Shown piece by piece: positions 1-10,528 of a DNA stretch of 64,000 bases. The DNA lies in assembly GCA_017654855.1 (NCBI GenBank), contig CM030337.1, positions 2,852,001-2,916,000 of the forward strand. The letters run 5' to 3'. Source of the stretch: Podospora anserina (taxonomy: Eukaryota). The translations under genes and the position numbers were made by a program. The notes under the pieces are model-generated. The model saw only the letters and a list, made by a program, of their open reading frames with translations. It was not told the DNA's origin and did not search any database. Numbering within the stretch: position 1 is the first letter of the stretch; each line of letters starts with the position of its first letter.

Positions 1-985
1 GACAGTATCGAAGTTTAGTATACCCTTAACTCTATATTTTAGTGGTACCGCAATATAATTAAATACTATATTTATCTTATAAACGTCTTAACCTGCTAGT
101 AGGACGCCGACAGTAATCCTGGCTAGGAATTGACCTTTCGAAACTCTAGGTGGTTCACTCGTGGATGGACCCTCTAAGAACTCATTGCTTTAGCAATTAT
201 AGAATTCTTCTCTAAAGAGGGCGAGTGTCTAAGAAATAAGAATTCTTTAGAATAATAAATCTACGATATAACCAAGATTCCCCTAGGAGCTCTCTAAAGC
301 AATATATTATCCGACTTCAGTATCGAAGAGCGTCTATCATAGGTCGGAAAGCGTAATATAATATAAAAAAAAGATAAAGCGTGCTCGCTATTCGGCATCT
401 TTAATGTGATAATGCCGCTTCTGTATAGCGAAGGAGAAGACAAAGCATTTAAACGGGTACGAAAAAAATTAGCAAGCATAATCGCGATCTGTCCAGTCTA
501 CGTTCTACCGACCCGCGCCTTGACAAGAAGCGCATCGAGGAGGCAAAGGGTGGGTTGCTTGCTGGCGCTTACCGCTGGGTTTTCGACACCCCCGACTTCT
601 ACCGTTAGCATGACCAGTCAGAGAGCCGCCTTCTATGGATTAAAGGAGATCCTGGCAAGGGCAAGACCATGTTGCTCTGCGGCATCATTAAAGAGCTTGA
701 GAGAGCCATTGTTGAAGACGGGCATTGTCGTAATTTAGCCTATTTCTTCTGCCAGGCTACCGACTCGCGCATCAATAACGCTATTGCCGTGTTACGTGGC
801 TTGATCTACCTTCTTGGTCGCCAGCAACCACATCTCTTCTCCTACATACGCAAATTTACGGACGCGGGTACATCGCTCTCTGACGCAAATACGGGGTTCG
901 CCCTCTCGGATATTTTGGAGGGGATGCTAGGAGATGCGAACTTGAAGCTAACCTACCTGGTCATCGACGCTCTGGACGAATGCAT
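1..985 (+). pseudogene. RIP-inactivated HET-NACHT (HNWD/het-e-like NLR) gene fragment, running off the window start and truncated after Walker B
   Basis: Manual translation gives HET motifs 'LNSIF*WYRN', 'SRWFTRGWTL*ELIA' and 'SLFGIFNVIMPLLYSEGE'. After a frameshift in the A-run near 462-468 come 'STDPRLDKKRIEEAKGGLL', the P-loop 'LLWIKGDPGKGKTMLLCGII', 'YFFCQATDSRINNA' and Walker B 'LVIDALDEC'. Stops arise from CAG>TAG, CAA>TAA and TGG>TAG changes in TpA-rich DNA, the RIP signature. No WD repeats follow. Confidence 0.9.
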
Positions 986-1382
986 GGGTCGAGTCGTTGT
1001 TGGTTAGATCAAGCATGTATGCGGCCCAGCTGTGGCCACCATCGGCGAAAGATATCCTCGAGTTGTTCGTCCACTGACTTGCGCTCCCATTGACCCAGAC
1101 CACAGCCTAGCCGCCGCCCAGAGTTGCAACGAACAAATGAACACAGAATGAAAAGGATAGTTCGGCTCTCACCGATATATTTCTGATCATGTTACATGTT
1201 CCTATGCCAAAGCCCTTGGACAATGTCCCCCACACTCTGCAGCCTCAACCTATTGAGGTTAGACATATTGAAAAGTAATAAGTTTTTGATAGAATACCCT
1301 GTGATTCTTCAAGACAGAAAACATGAATGTAAATAACTGATCCAAGACTCGTTATGAAATAACCAGCGGCAAATGAGTACTC

Positions 1383-3395
1383 TCACCGAAGGATGCTAGA
1401 AATGCACTCCTCGGAGACATACTGCGCTCTCACTATCCCAACTCCCACCCTTTTATATCCCCTGTCACCGTCTTCCTTCTGTACAATGATCATGTAATAA
1501 CCTTTCCTAGCGTCTTCCACCTTATGGTCTTTCATCTCCGCGTCTAGGGCACCAACAATAACACAATTACAATCCTCAAACCGGATCTGATCCGCTATGT
1601 CAAACCATAAAGACCCTACTTCTTCCTCTCCATCCAAAATAACATACTTTTCTTCGTTTTGTCCCATTCGGCAACTTCCACCAAAGTTCCTCACTTTGAC
1701 ATTTAGTACCGATCTATCATCGGCAAAATCAAGGTCTTCGAAGCGTGGGACCCGAAAACTTGGGTTTGGATCCAAGATAAACTCAATGCCCCCGGAATAT
1801 GCCATCCAAGACCATGATGGCACTTGATCATCATCATACTTGATCAGGGGTTTCTGCTCCTCGGTCCGCTTCCACAAAAGAAGAGAACCTAAACAAAAGC
1901 GGAAGATCCCGTACTTCGCTTTACTTTGCACCACCTTTTCCATCCGTTCAACAAGGCTGTGAATCGCAATGACCCTGTCTGTTTCATCGGTAAGACCGGA
2001 TGTCGAATATTTCTGGAATAAAAACTGTATGAATTCGATGGTACGATAATACCCACTCCGCCAGAGTCTATCTAGGAAGTGTGGATCGAGGATGAAGTAT
2101 TCCTTCCCAAACGGCCTAGAGCAAGATAAGACTTTGTACCATACGTAGTTTTTAATGATCAGACTTACGGTATAAGTTTTGTGAGCCGTTCACAAATCAC
2201 CCCGTCCCCACATTCGCAATACACATGTGACGTAGTAAAATGAATGGTTCGCCGGGACAGCACTCGTTCTTGTAAGACCCAAGCTCGTTGCATGAGAGGC
2301 CCTGCGTCGACGTCTTCGTCGAAATGACATTGGCAAGCTGAGGAGGCCAAGGTATTTTGTGCTCCATCATCTGAGAAGCGTGACTGGGATTTGAGAAAGC
2401 CATCTTTCCAGTTATGTGCTGAGGTTACGGCAATAGTACAGTAAGCATTAGCGAAAATATTTTGCATAGTGTTAGCTTGGCTTTTCCAGTCGCCACCATC
2501 TCCTTGAATGATACAGAGAGCATCAATCCAGAGATATTGTTTGCCAAGTGCTCGAGTAATTTGAACAGTATCCTGAAAGGTCTTCGGCAACTGCTCAAAA
2601 AAAAAGTCTTTCAAACGTCTGTTTTCCTTGGTATTGCAGAATTGGCGTTTTTCATCTTCGGTAGGATTGCCCCAACGGTGTGACAATACAAGGTAGTCTT
2701 CATCCAGAGATTGGTTCTCTACCAGAGATAATTTTTTGGGGTCAGAGTCACCAACAAAGATAATTCTCTTTGGCCAGAAGCTGCCCTTTCCTCGTTTTTG
2801 GGGACAGTCGTGATTGTTGTCACAGTGCTGAAGCCACTCGCGCAACAGGAGAAGGTTTGGAATGACTGGCATGAAATCTGATGAATGACTAGTGGGGAAA
2901 GAATTTGATGACTGTTTGCTCTGAAATGTCGAAAGAAATGGGTCTTTAGTTGTACGTCGCCATGATCGCTAAAGAAAACGCCGATTAGTGGGAAATGTAA
3001 ATTAGTCGGACGGATCCACTTACTTCCTACACCACCACACACACCGAGGTCAGTAATGATTCCCATCTCCGCTCTCTTGAGGGCATCCACTTACATACTA
3101 CACCACCACACACACCGAGGTCAGTAATGATTCCCATCTCCGCTCTCTTGAGGGCATCGACTTACTTCCTACACCACCACACACAACGAGGTCAGTAATC
3201 ACCATCAGGCTTCATCTACTAAACACACTTTTTATAACGTGGCTGTTATTTGAAATCGGACCATAGCTTTAAATTAGACACATACCGACTATACAAAGTT
3301 AGGTTTTATACTTCCAAGTGACAATTATCCCTTACCTCAAAGTCCCGATGAATCCGAACTCGTGCTGGAATTTTGGCAACAGACATTTCGGCCAT
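1383..3395 (-). CDS. HET-domain (heterokaryon incompatibility) protein, ~534 aa, 7 predicted exons including four 3-nt microexons
   Basis: Exons: 3395-3336, 3288-3286, 3168-3166, 3097-3095, 3026-3024, 2968-2169 and 2115-1383 (1605 nt, open frame). HET motifs: 'YLVLSHRWG', 'LPKTFQDTV', 'YLWIDALCIIQGD', 'MQNIFANAYCTIA', 'PLMQRAWVLQERVLSRRTIHF' and 'VPSWSWM'. A 53-nt GTAAGT..TAG intron (2116-2168) joins ORFs 2165-2872 and 1383-1943 in frame. The HET call is strong; the 5' exon structure is inferred from splice signals only. Confidence 0.85.
3014..3199. repeat. Tandem repeat, 71-bp unit x ~2.6; each unit is a 68-nt intron plus a 3-nt exon on the minus strand
   Basis: Units start at 3014, 3085 and 3156 and are nearly identical. 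The minus-strand unit reads GTAAGT...ACTGAC...GTGTAG|NNN. Confidence 0.95.
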
Positions 3396-4924
3396 GTTGC
3401 TCTGATAATGTCGTTTCTCCTTACACTCGGTTTGTGACAATGGCTAGTGATCAGGACTTGGAACAGTAGTTCAATTCAGCTGATAATCTTTAATGGCCTC
3501 GAAGTCCTTAGAGAAGAAAGTCTAGAGATACAAACAGGTTCTGAGGACGCGTATTTATCCGTCCTTTTGAAGTCCGTGCCCTAATGGCCTCAGGCAGCTG
3601 CCAAGTCCTTCCACATACCCTCTAGCCAATACCATTCCTTTGGTAGCCGCGAGGCACTTGATTTTCTGCCTTACTTCCAACCATTGGTTCTCGATTATGC
3701 AGGTAGATAGCGGTTGGGCCGTGATGCAGCTGGTTGGTTGTTTGCCGTGTGACACGGTTGCCGTTGCAATGATTGAAGACGTTTTCGATCCATGTTGCGT
3801 TGGTTTCTGCTTGGGGTCTGCCGGAAAATGTGAGCTACGACAATGCTTGCGATACGGGGCGGAGTCTCAACATAGCCATGGACTGCGTGCTAGACGAAGC
3901 TGGCGACGCTGCATGACGACGCCGGGTGATCATTTCAAACCACCCGCTGTACCTGTTAGCCGTGTTTTTGGTAGAGGTTGCTTGAATAACGATGCTTGCT
4001 GGGAAGAGGGGATGCTATTGCAACGGCAGCGACGACGAAATTTAACAGTGGCATCCTGCGCGGTTATCGCGCAGCGGTGGCTTGAAAACTGTGGTCTTGC
4101 TTTGTTTGGCTGTCGATTGTCCACGACACAGGCAACACGACACAGCTGAGACACAGAGAGGGGATCACTTGTGAGCGGGAGTGAGCTAGGTACGAAGGTA
4201 CTTAGGGATTCACGGTCTATATATACGGAGGAACTAGACAGCTCGTAGATAGTTCCGCAGTATGCAATCACAGCTTGTATTGCGGTATCTTGTGTTTACA
4301 TTGAGACATCTTGTTGTGCATTATTTAGCTGCAACGATCCAATATCTAGAAGTTCGCCCTCAACCGGTATCCCTTTCAGAGGTTCTGGACAGAGGATCGT
4401 CACAAGATGCCTCAATTCTTGAAGGACTGTATAGAATTAGAAGACGCATTGACTGGGCATTACAATGCAATACAGTTGAAGGGAATTTCACAAGCGCGAG
4501 TTCCCACACGTGCAAGGTCAAGAACCTGAAGAGCAATCTATATTCCCATCAACGCGTCGACGCGTTCCATGTCGTTTTTGATTTTCATCTCATTTCTTTT
4601 GTTTACATCCATATCCATGACGTGGTGCACCTGACGGCCAGTGCCAATTATTACCTTTCTTTTCCCCACCCGTTTTAGCTCAGGGGAAGATCCCAGATCG
4701 AAGCAACCATGACGTCGCGGGCAAAAGAACTGCCATATCAGAGAAAGTAAAAACAAAGTCAAAGTACAAAGCAATTAAACCCCAACTCCCACTCAAATAC
4801 CCCAGATATCCCAAACCCATTGCCAACATACATTTCAAATCCAACCATGATCGTAATCCATGACAGGAAAATCCTTCACTCCCTCCTCCAGCCCTTCCCG
4901 CGATTTGTCTTTGCCATGCGTCAC

Positions 4925-6413
4925 TCAAAGACATTGTGAATACCACACGCTTAACACGACACATTGATATGGAGATTCACAAACCGTCGATCCCAGGTGG
5001 TATATCCCACCACATGTTCCCCAGTGAGGCACCGGTGTGCCAGTCGGGGTTGACGAGCCCGATGTAGACTTGACAGACGCCGTCGTAGGCGATGGGACCT
5101 CTTCCGTGGAAAATTCAGTTGCTGTCGCGCTGAAAACAACAGTAGTTGTAATGGTAACGAATGCCGTTTGGCTGGATAGTAGGCTAGACAGGAGGCTAGC
5201 TAGTTGGCTGGATGATAGACTGGTTGAAATCGTTGTTTGGCTGGCTGTTTGCGTGGGCGGTAGACCGGATCCTTGACCAGACGACTGGCCATCACTCCCC
5301 AGCGCAGCCTGGATACTGTCCAAGAACCCAGTATTCCCATAAACCTGCGACATATCCCTTTGTAATCTGTTAGCTCTCATTCCCACACTTCCCCCTCATT
5401 AGAACCTACCACATCATCACCCCCCCAAAACTCTCAAACCCCTTCACGTACTCCACCACCCCCTTCAACACCTCCCCATTCACATACCCCCTCCCCGCCG
5501 CCTGACTCCCCGGCACCCCCAACAAAACCTTCACCCCCTTGTTCTTACTCTCCTCCCTAGCCCACCGATCCCACCTCTCAAAGTTGAACTGGCTCTCACC
5601 CTTCCCATCACCACCCCCAGAAGCCTTCCAACTATCAACCCCACACCAATTATTATAAAACTGCACCATCACAAAATCAAACCCCACCCCATCCATCAAC
5701 CCCCCCATCGCCGCATCAGGAAACGGGCACTGCGGCGCACCACTCATGTAAAACTTTTTCTTCCCACCATCCGCATCCATCAACCTCCTCAACTCCCCCA
5801 CAAAATCAACCATATTCACCGCCACAGCCTCCAAGTCAATATCAAACCCATCCACCACCGCATCCCCAAACGGTCTCTCCACCTTTGACCCCTCCTTCTT
5901 CGGTCCAAACATCTCCCATACCGCCCCCGCCATCTGGACCGCCTCGGCAGGGGAGGAAAAACCCCCTTCGGTGTAAGTTGCTCCCCCGATAGACAAGAGT
6001 ATAGATTTGTTGTGGGCCGTCTGGCAGGTTTGGATGTCTTCTTCGAGCTGAGGGCAGGAGAGGAGCTGGCTACCGGAGAAGAGGGTGCAATTGTCGCCCG
6101 CGTTGGCAAAGTTGATTGTCGTGGAGGGGGTCTTGATCGTGTAGAGGAAGGCGAGGGGGATGATGTTGATGGGGGTGTTGGCGCAGTAGTAGGAGAGGCG
6201 TTGCTGGCCGCCCGAGGTGAGTGAGATGGAGTTTTGGCCTGGGATTCAGATGAGTAGGAGAGAAAAGTTCGGGATGGAGGGGAGTTGGGAGAGAAACATA
6301 CCCCAGTAGACGGCGATGTTGTTTGAGGCGGTGGGGTCGAAGCCCGCGAGGACTTTGTTGGAGAGAGAAAGGATGATGCCGCAGAGGGCGAGGAGATTGT
6401 GAGATCGAAGCAT
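4925..6413 (-). CDS. Secreted GH18 (class III/subgroup B) chitinase with Ser/Thr-rich linker and C-terminal CBM1
   Basis: Signal peptide '[23 protein letters not shown]', then 'NIAVYW|GQNS', 'LLSIGGA', catalytic 'DGFDIDLE', 'VQFYNNWC' and 'FGGVMMW|DMSQ'. CBM1 is '[33 protein letters not shown]'. Introns 6239-6301 and 5358-5409. Confidence 0.93.
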
Positions 6414-7648
6414 TTTTGGTGAACAATAAGTCGAAGGTTGTGGGAATTGAAAGGTTTGAAGGTCGTGGTTGGCGCTTGTCGAGGTGAATCGTGAATTGTA
6501 AATCGCTTGCTGACGTGCCCTTTATCTTCGAAAAACTCGATAACTGCCAAAGTACCTCGAGAATTGAACTGGTTCAGGCTGCCTGCTCACTGAATCGCTC
6601 CTTCCATGTGTGGTGTTCTTACCTCACGCGATAGTCTGACATCGATACTCACCTCATCCCTGCACCTCATCCCATGTCCTTCCTCTCGGAGGCAGTAACT
6701 TGAAAACTAAAAGGGAATAAAGTCAGGGAATTTCACCCGATCTTTCATCTCAAAGTATGGTAACTCCAACAACATGGCCACTGGGTCAAATCTGCTACGT
6801 TACACACTGGCAATAACACAGTCCAAACGATTGAGCTGTTCACATCTCACAGATTACACATCTCATGTAGGATCGTCTTTTAACCTCAGCCGTGATCAAT
6901 ATCTGTGGCATATGAAGGGATTTGGTGTATCCGTGATCGGAGGATACTGGATCGAAGCCGCCTCCTGATGGCCGGTGGAACATGATAACAACGCAACATT
7001 TCATGTTCACAAGAGAGCCGCTGAAATGTTGAAATGAGCGGGGTATGAAAGGAATCGGGAGATAGTGATCGTTGCATTTCGGGATCCGAGGCTACCTTGG
7101 GTATCTTGCGGTCAGATGCCTGTTCACATGCTCTGTGTTTGGTAGTTTGAGAAGAGCCGCTTGTCTCCTGCAACGTAGGATTTCGGACCTGTGAAAGCCT
7201 TCAAAATCAGTGTTCCCGAGTCAACCGTGATCGCTGGAAGTACCTTCGTAGGGCAAGCATGTACTCTGGTTTGGATATTGGTACCCAATTCTAAAGAGGC
7301 TCCATCTGCCCATAGCCCTGGACGATCTCTGAGAAGAGCGATCGGAACCGATGATCAACATTACTGGTAAATCTCAACATTAAACAACAAAAAGCAAAAT
7401 GAAATTCGGCAGGTTGGAGTACTCCAGACCTCCCACATGACAGCCCCGGTACGTCCACACCAACATTGATACAAGTTCAAAAAAGACCACCCGTTGCTTG
7501 CCATAAGTACCCGAATTCCTGGTTCCACCGAAAAGAGTGGACTTCGATCTGTACCCATACGCAACATATTGATGAATAGCCTTGCACAAAGCTTGTTCCG
7601 TGGAGTTATTGATTTTCCCCCCTGTCTCTTGAAACTAGTCTTGATACA

Positions 7649-8834
7649 TCGCAGGATAACAACCTTGGAGCCCACCTCCCGAGCAAGCTTCAAGCAGCAG
7701 CCAAGGCAAGCTTCCTTTCGCAGAATAACCAACGACTGGAATTCGAAGCTCAAACCCGTCGGTACAAGCGGGTTAGACAGGGCAAAGAATCTCATCTCGT
7801 CATTCCCGTCCCCAGCAACGACATCGACGACGTTGAGTCCACGTGCACGTCTGCGCTCACGACGACGGCCTCGCTGACGGCCACCTTCAAGTTCGGTTCC
7901 CTGCCCATGATCACTCGTCGTTTCAGCAATTTCGTTGCCTATGAGCGGACTTATGAAGCTGGCGGCCGGGTCCGGTTCAGTCAGTTTGGTAGTTGGGATG
8001 CTTCAAGTTGGATCTTGGGTAGTCAAGAGGGCTATTCCAGAATTCAAGCTTCTGTAAAACTTGCCGAAGAGCATATGGTATGGCCTCCTCCATTGCTTGC
8101 TTGGCGTGACCATGATTCAGCCCAAGTTTGTTGAGTCGTAGGTCCCCATAGGTACTCAACCTGACCATTCCAAATATCGGAGGCGAGGAACCAGGCCCCG
8201 CCACAAGTTCTGACAAAGCCCTTATTGAAGAATGGGTAATCACCTTAAATGTCGAAATATCCCTAGCGTGACCCTTCTGGATTATGTTGATGACGACTAT
8301 TGAGCCGGGTTGATCTAGCCCGACCGTACCATCGGCATGAGCAATGCTGGGAGGGATGCCCAAGCACCACTTGGTGAAGGCGGCTGTCCATGCAGCGAAT
8401 GATATAGAAGTTTCTATGACGATGCGAGTGACCTCAGCCGGCAGGAGCGTTTTATCAGCAGCCGACTCCTCTAACATCGCGTGCACAGCAAGGCCACTGT
8501 TGAAAGTATCCATCACCGAAACAAGACTGCAGATTAGACCCAAGAAATGCAATCCAGCGAGACTGCGGCCAAAACGGGCCACACTGTCGTTTGCCGCAAA
8601 TCCAACCGTGACCTGGAGGAAGCTCAACACAGCTGGCGGAGGGGTGGGCACCACGCTGTGTTCCATCTTTCGACGCGTCTCGATGCTCATTGCGATTGTG
8701 TTTTCGAAGCGCTCACAGGCCAAAATGGCAAGGGGTTGAATGTTATCCGATGTTTCTGCCTGCAGGACACCTCTCGCGATAGTGATTCCAGACTGAGCAG
8801 TGGTGTCCAGGCTCCGTTGTGGTGAGATGGACAT
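7649..8834 (-). pseudogene. Disrupted hypothetical fungal protein gene (frameshifted, probably with internal deletions)
   Basis: A 285-aa ORF (7977-8834) stops at 7977. A different frame continues with protein-like 'VVDVVAGDGNDEMRFFAL...ILRKEACLGCCLKLAREVGSKVVIL'. I found no intron that would restore the frame. Family resemblance is from memory only. Confidence 0.45.
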
Positions 8835-9225
8835 GGTCGAGTAATCTGTACGAGTCAGTCGAGAGGAACATGACGATCACTTGTGAGAGTCAAGGACGTA
8901 CCGAAAGTTGTTGTTTTTTGACTCGATTCAAACGCCTCCTAAGACTGTGGATGTGTGTTTGGGAACAGAGATTGTATGTGACATGGAGTTGCTCGTGATT
9001 GCGTCCCGGTAGCGAAAGATCATAATTGTATCCAGGCAAAAGTTAGAGGCGTGGTTATCAACCAACATTTCAAGCGATTTGTGTTGAGTTGAGAAAACGA
9101 TTCAAGTGTCCATTTTAGACGGGAGCACACATGTGTTTTCCTGCTGGAAGGAGCGCACTTGGTGGTGCCTTCCACAATGGAACAAGCTTTGCAGTTTGAA
9201 CTCGATGCCTTCTGCCCACTCCACT

Positions 9226-10528
9226 TCAACTATCTCCCCCACCCCCATCACCCTCCTTATTATCATACGGTTTCTGCGCAAACCAAAAATAAAAGTAATA
9301 ATACCTATGCACCTTCCCATCCATAACCGCCTCCCTCACCTTCGCACTAAAGACCTCTCTCTCCACTGCATCCATCCCCAAGTTTGCAAAGGCTTTCCCC
9401 AGCGCTGATAAGCTCTGCAACGCGGCCTCTTTCACATACAGCCCAATCAACCTCATCGTTTTATCTTTAGGCCACGTTCCCACTGGTGTCTTCTTCTTGA
9501 CACAGGTAATATTGACGAAACCAGCTCGTTCAAGAAAGTTGCCCACCACAGCCGGCATGTTCAAATTCATTCCAAACTTGGCCATAGCTTCCACACATAA
9601 AGCCCAGAATTTCTTCATCACGTCCGTCTCGGGGTCCATGGTTCCGTCGTCACAACGAGGTTCCCCATGTGATTCTTGAAATTCGATCCAGCCTCCTGGT
9701 TTGAGGTGTCTGTTTGCTTTGTCAGCCTCATATTTCATCGGCAAAAAGGGGAACACATACTGATAGATCTGGTCCACCGCCTTCTGCAAATCCCTCAGCA
9801 CAAGCGCCATGCCCCTTAAATGCACAAAGTCCCAGTCTGACCCGTTCGCCCACTCGTCTTCGACATCGTCAATCATGAACCTGACATTTGGCGGCACCCA
9901 CTGTGGTTGGATCGGTGAGAGATCGAGCCCCAAGATTTCAGCCCCAGGGAACAGGTCCCCCATCTCGATAGCCCAGATTCCTGTGCCGGTCCCAATATCA
10001 ATGATCTTTTGTGGGTTGGGTCCAATGGGTGAAAGGTAGGGTTTCCCGTCCTTTCGACACAAAACAATGTTAGTGAATAATTACCTAAGGGGCAACAAAG
10101 GGGCAACCCACCGTCAACTCCATCATCATCGCATGCTTCATATCCTCCCTATTCTGCTCCTGATCATCATTTGGAATTGGGTACCTCCCATATCGATAAG
10201 AATGATATCTCCTCCCATTCTCATACGTATGTGCATAAATGCTCGACGTCACCGACGTCGAAGCCTTGGACGACCCGTCCCATCCCTCAGCCAAGAACTC
10301 GTCTTCTTCCTCAGGGCCCTCCTCAGCCTCGATTGAATCAGGGAATTGCTCTGTCTGCCGTCTCCCATCTCCTGTTTCCTGCGAAAATGCTTCATCTTCC
10401 GGTATCGGGCCCGTTGTTGACGGTTGCGGTGGTTTTGGCGACGATCTTTTCGTCTGTGGTGGTAGTGGTGGTTCTAAATGTGAGGGGTCATCGGATGGCC
10501 CCCTTTGGGGTTCTGAAAGTCCTGACAT
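9226..10528 (-). CDS. SAM-dependent methyltransferase, LaeA-like (Methyltransf_23) family
   Basis: 'YENGRRYHSYRYGRYPIPNDDQEQNRED', SAM motif 'IIDIGTGTGIWAIEM', 'GLDLSPIQPQWVPPNVRF' and 'LKPGGWIEFQE'. Introns at about 10053-10111 and 9711-9760. Confidence 0.92.

Noticed and set aside
2878-2955. Possible extra intron (GTACAA…CAG) just upstream of ATG 2872
   Set aside because: The donor is weak, and the segment is already open and in frame from 2968, so no intron is needed.
3014-3199. 71-bp repeat as a CRISPR array or as the 123-aa ORF 2719-3090
   Set aside because: The DNA is eukaryotic, there are no unique spacers beyond 3 nt and no cas genes. The ORF simply reads through intron sequence.
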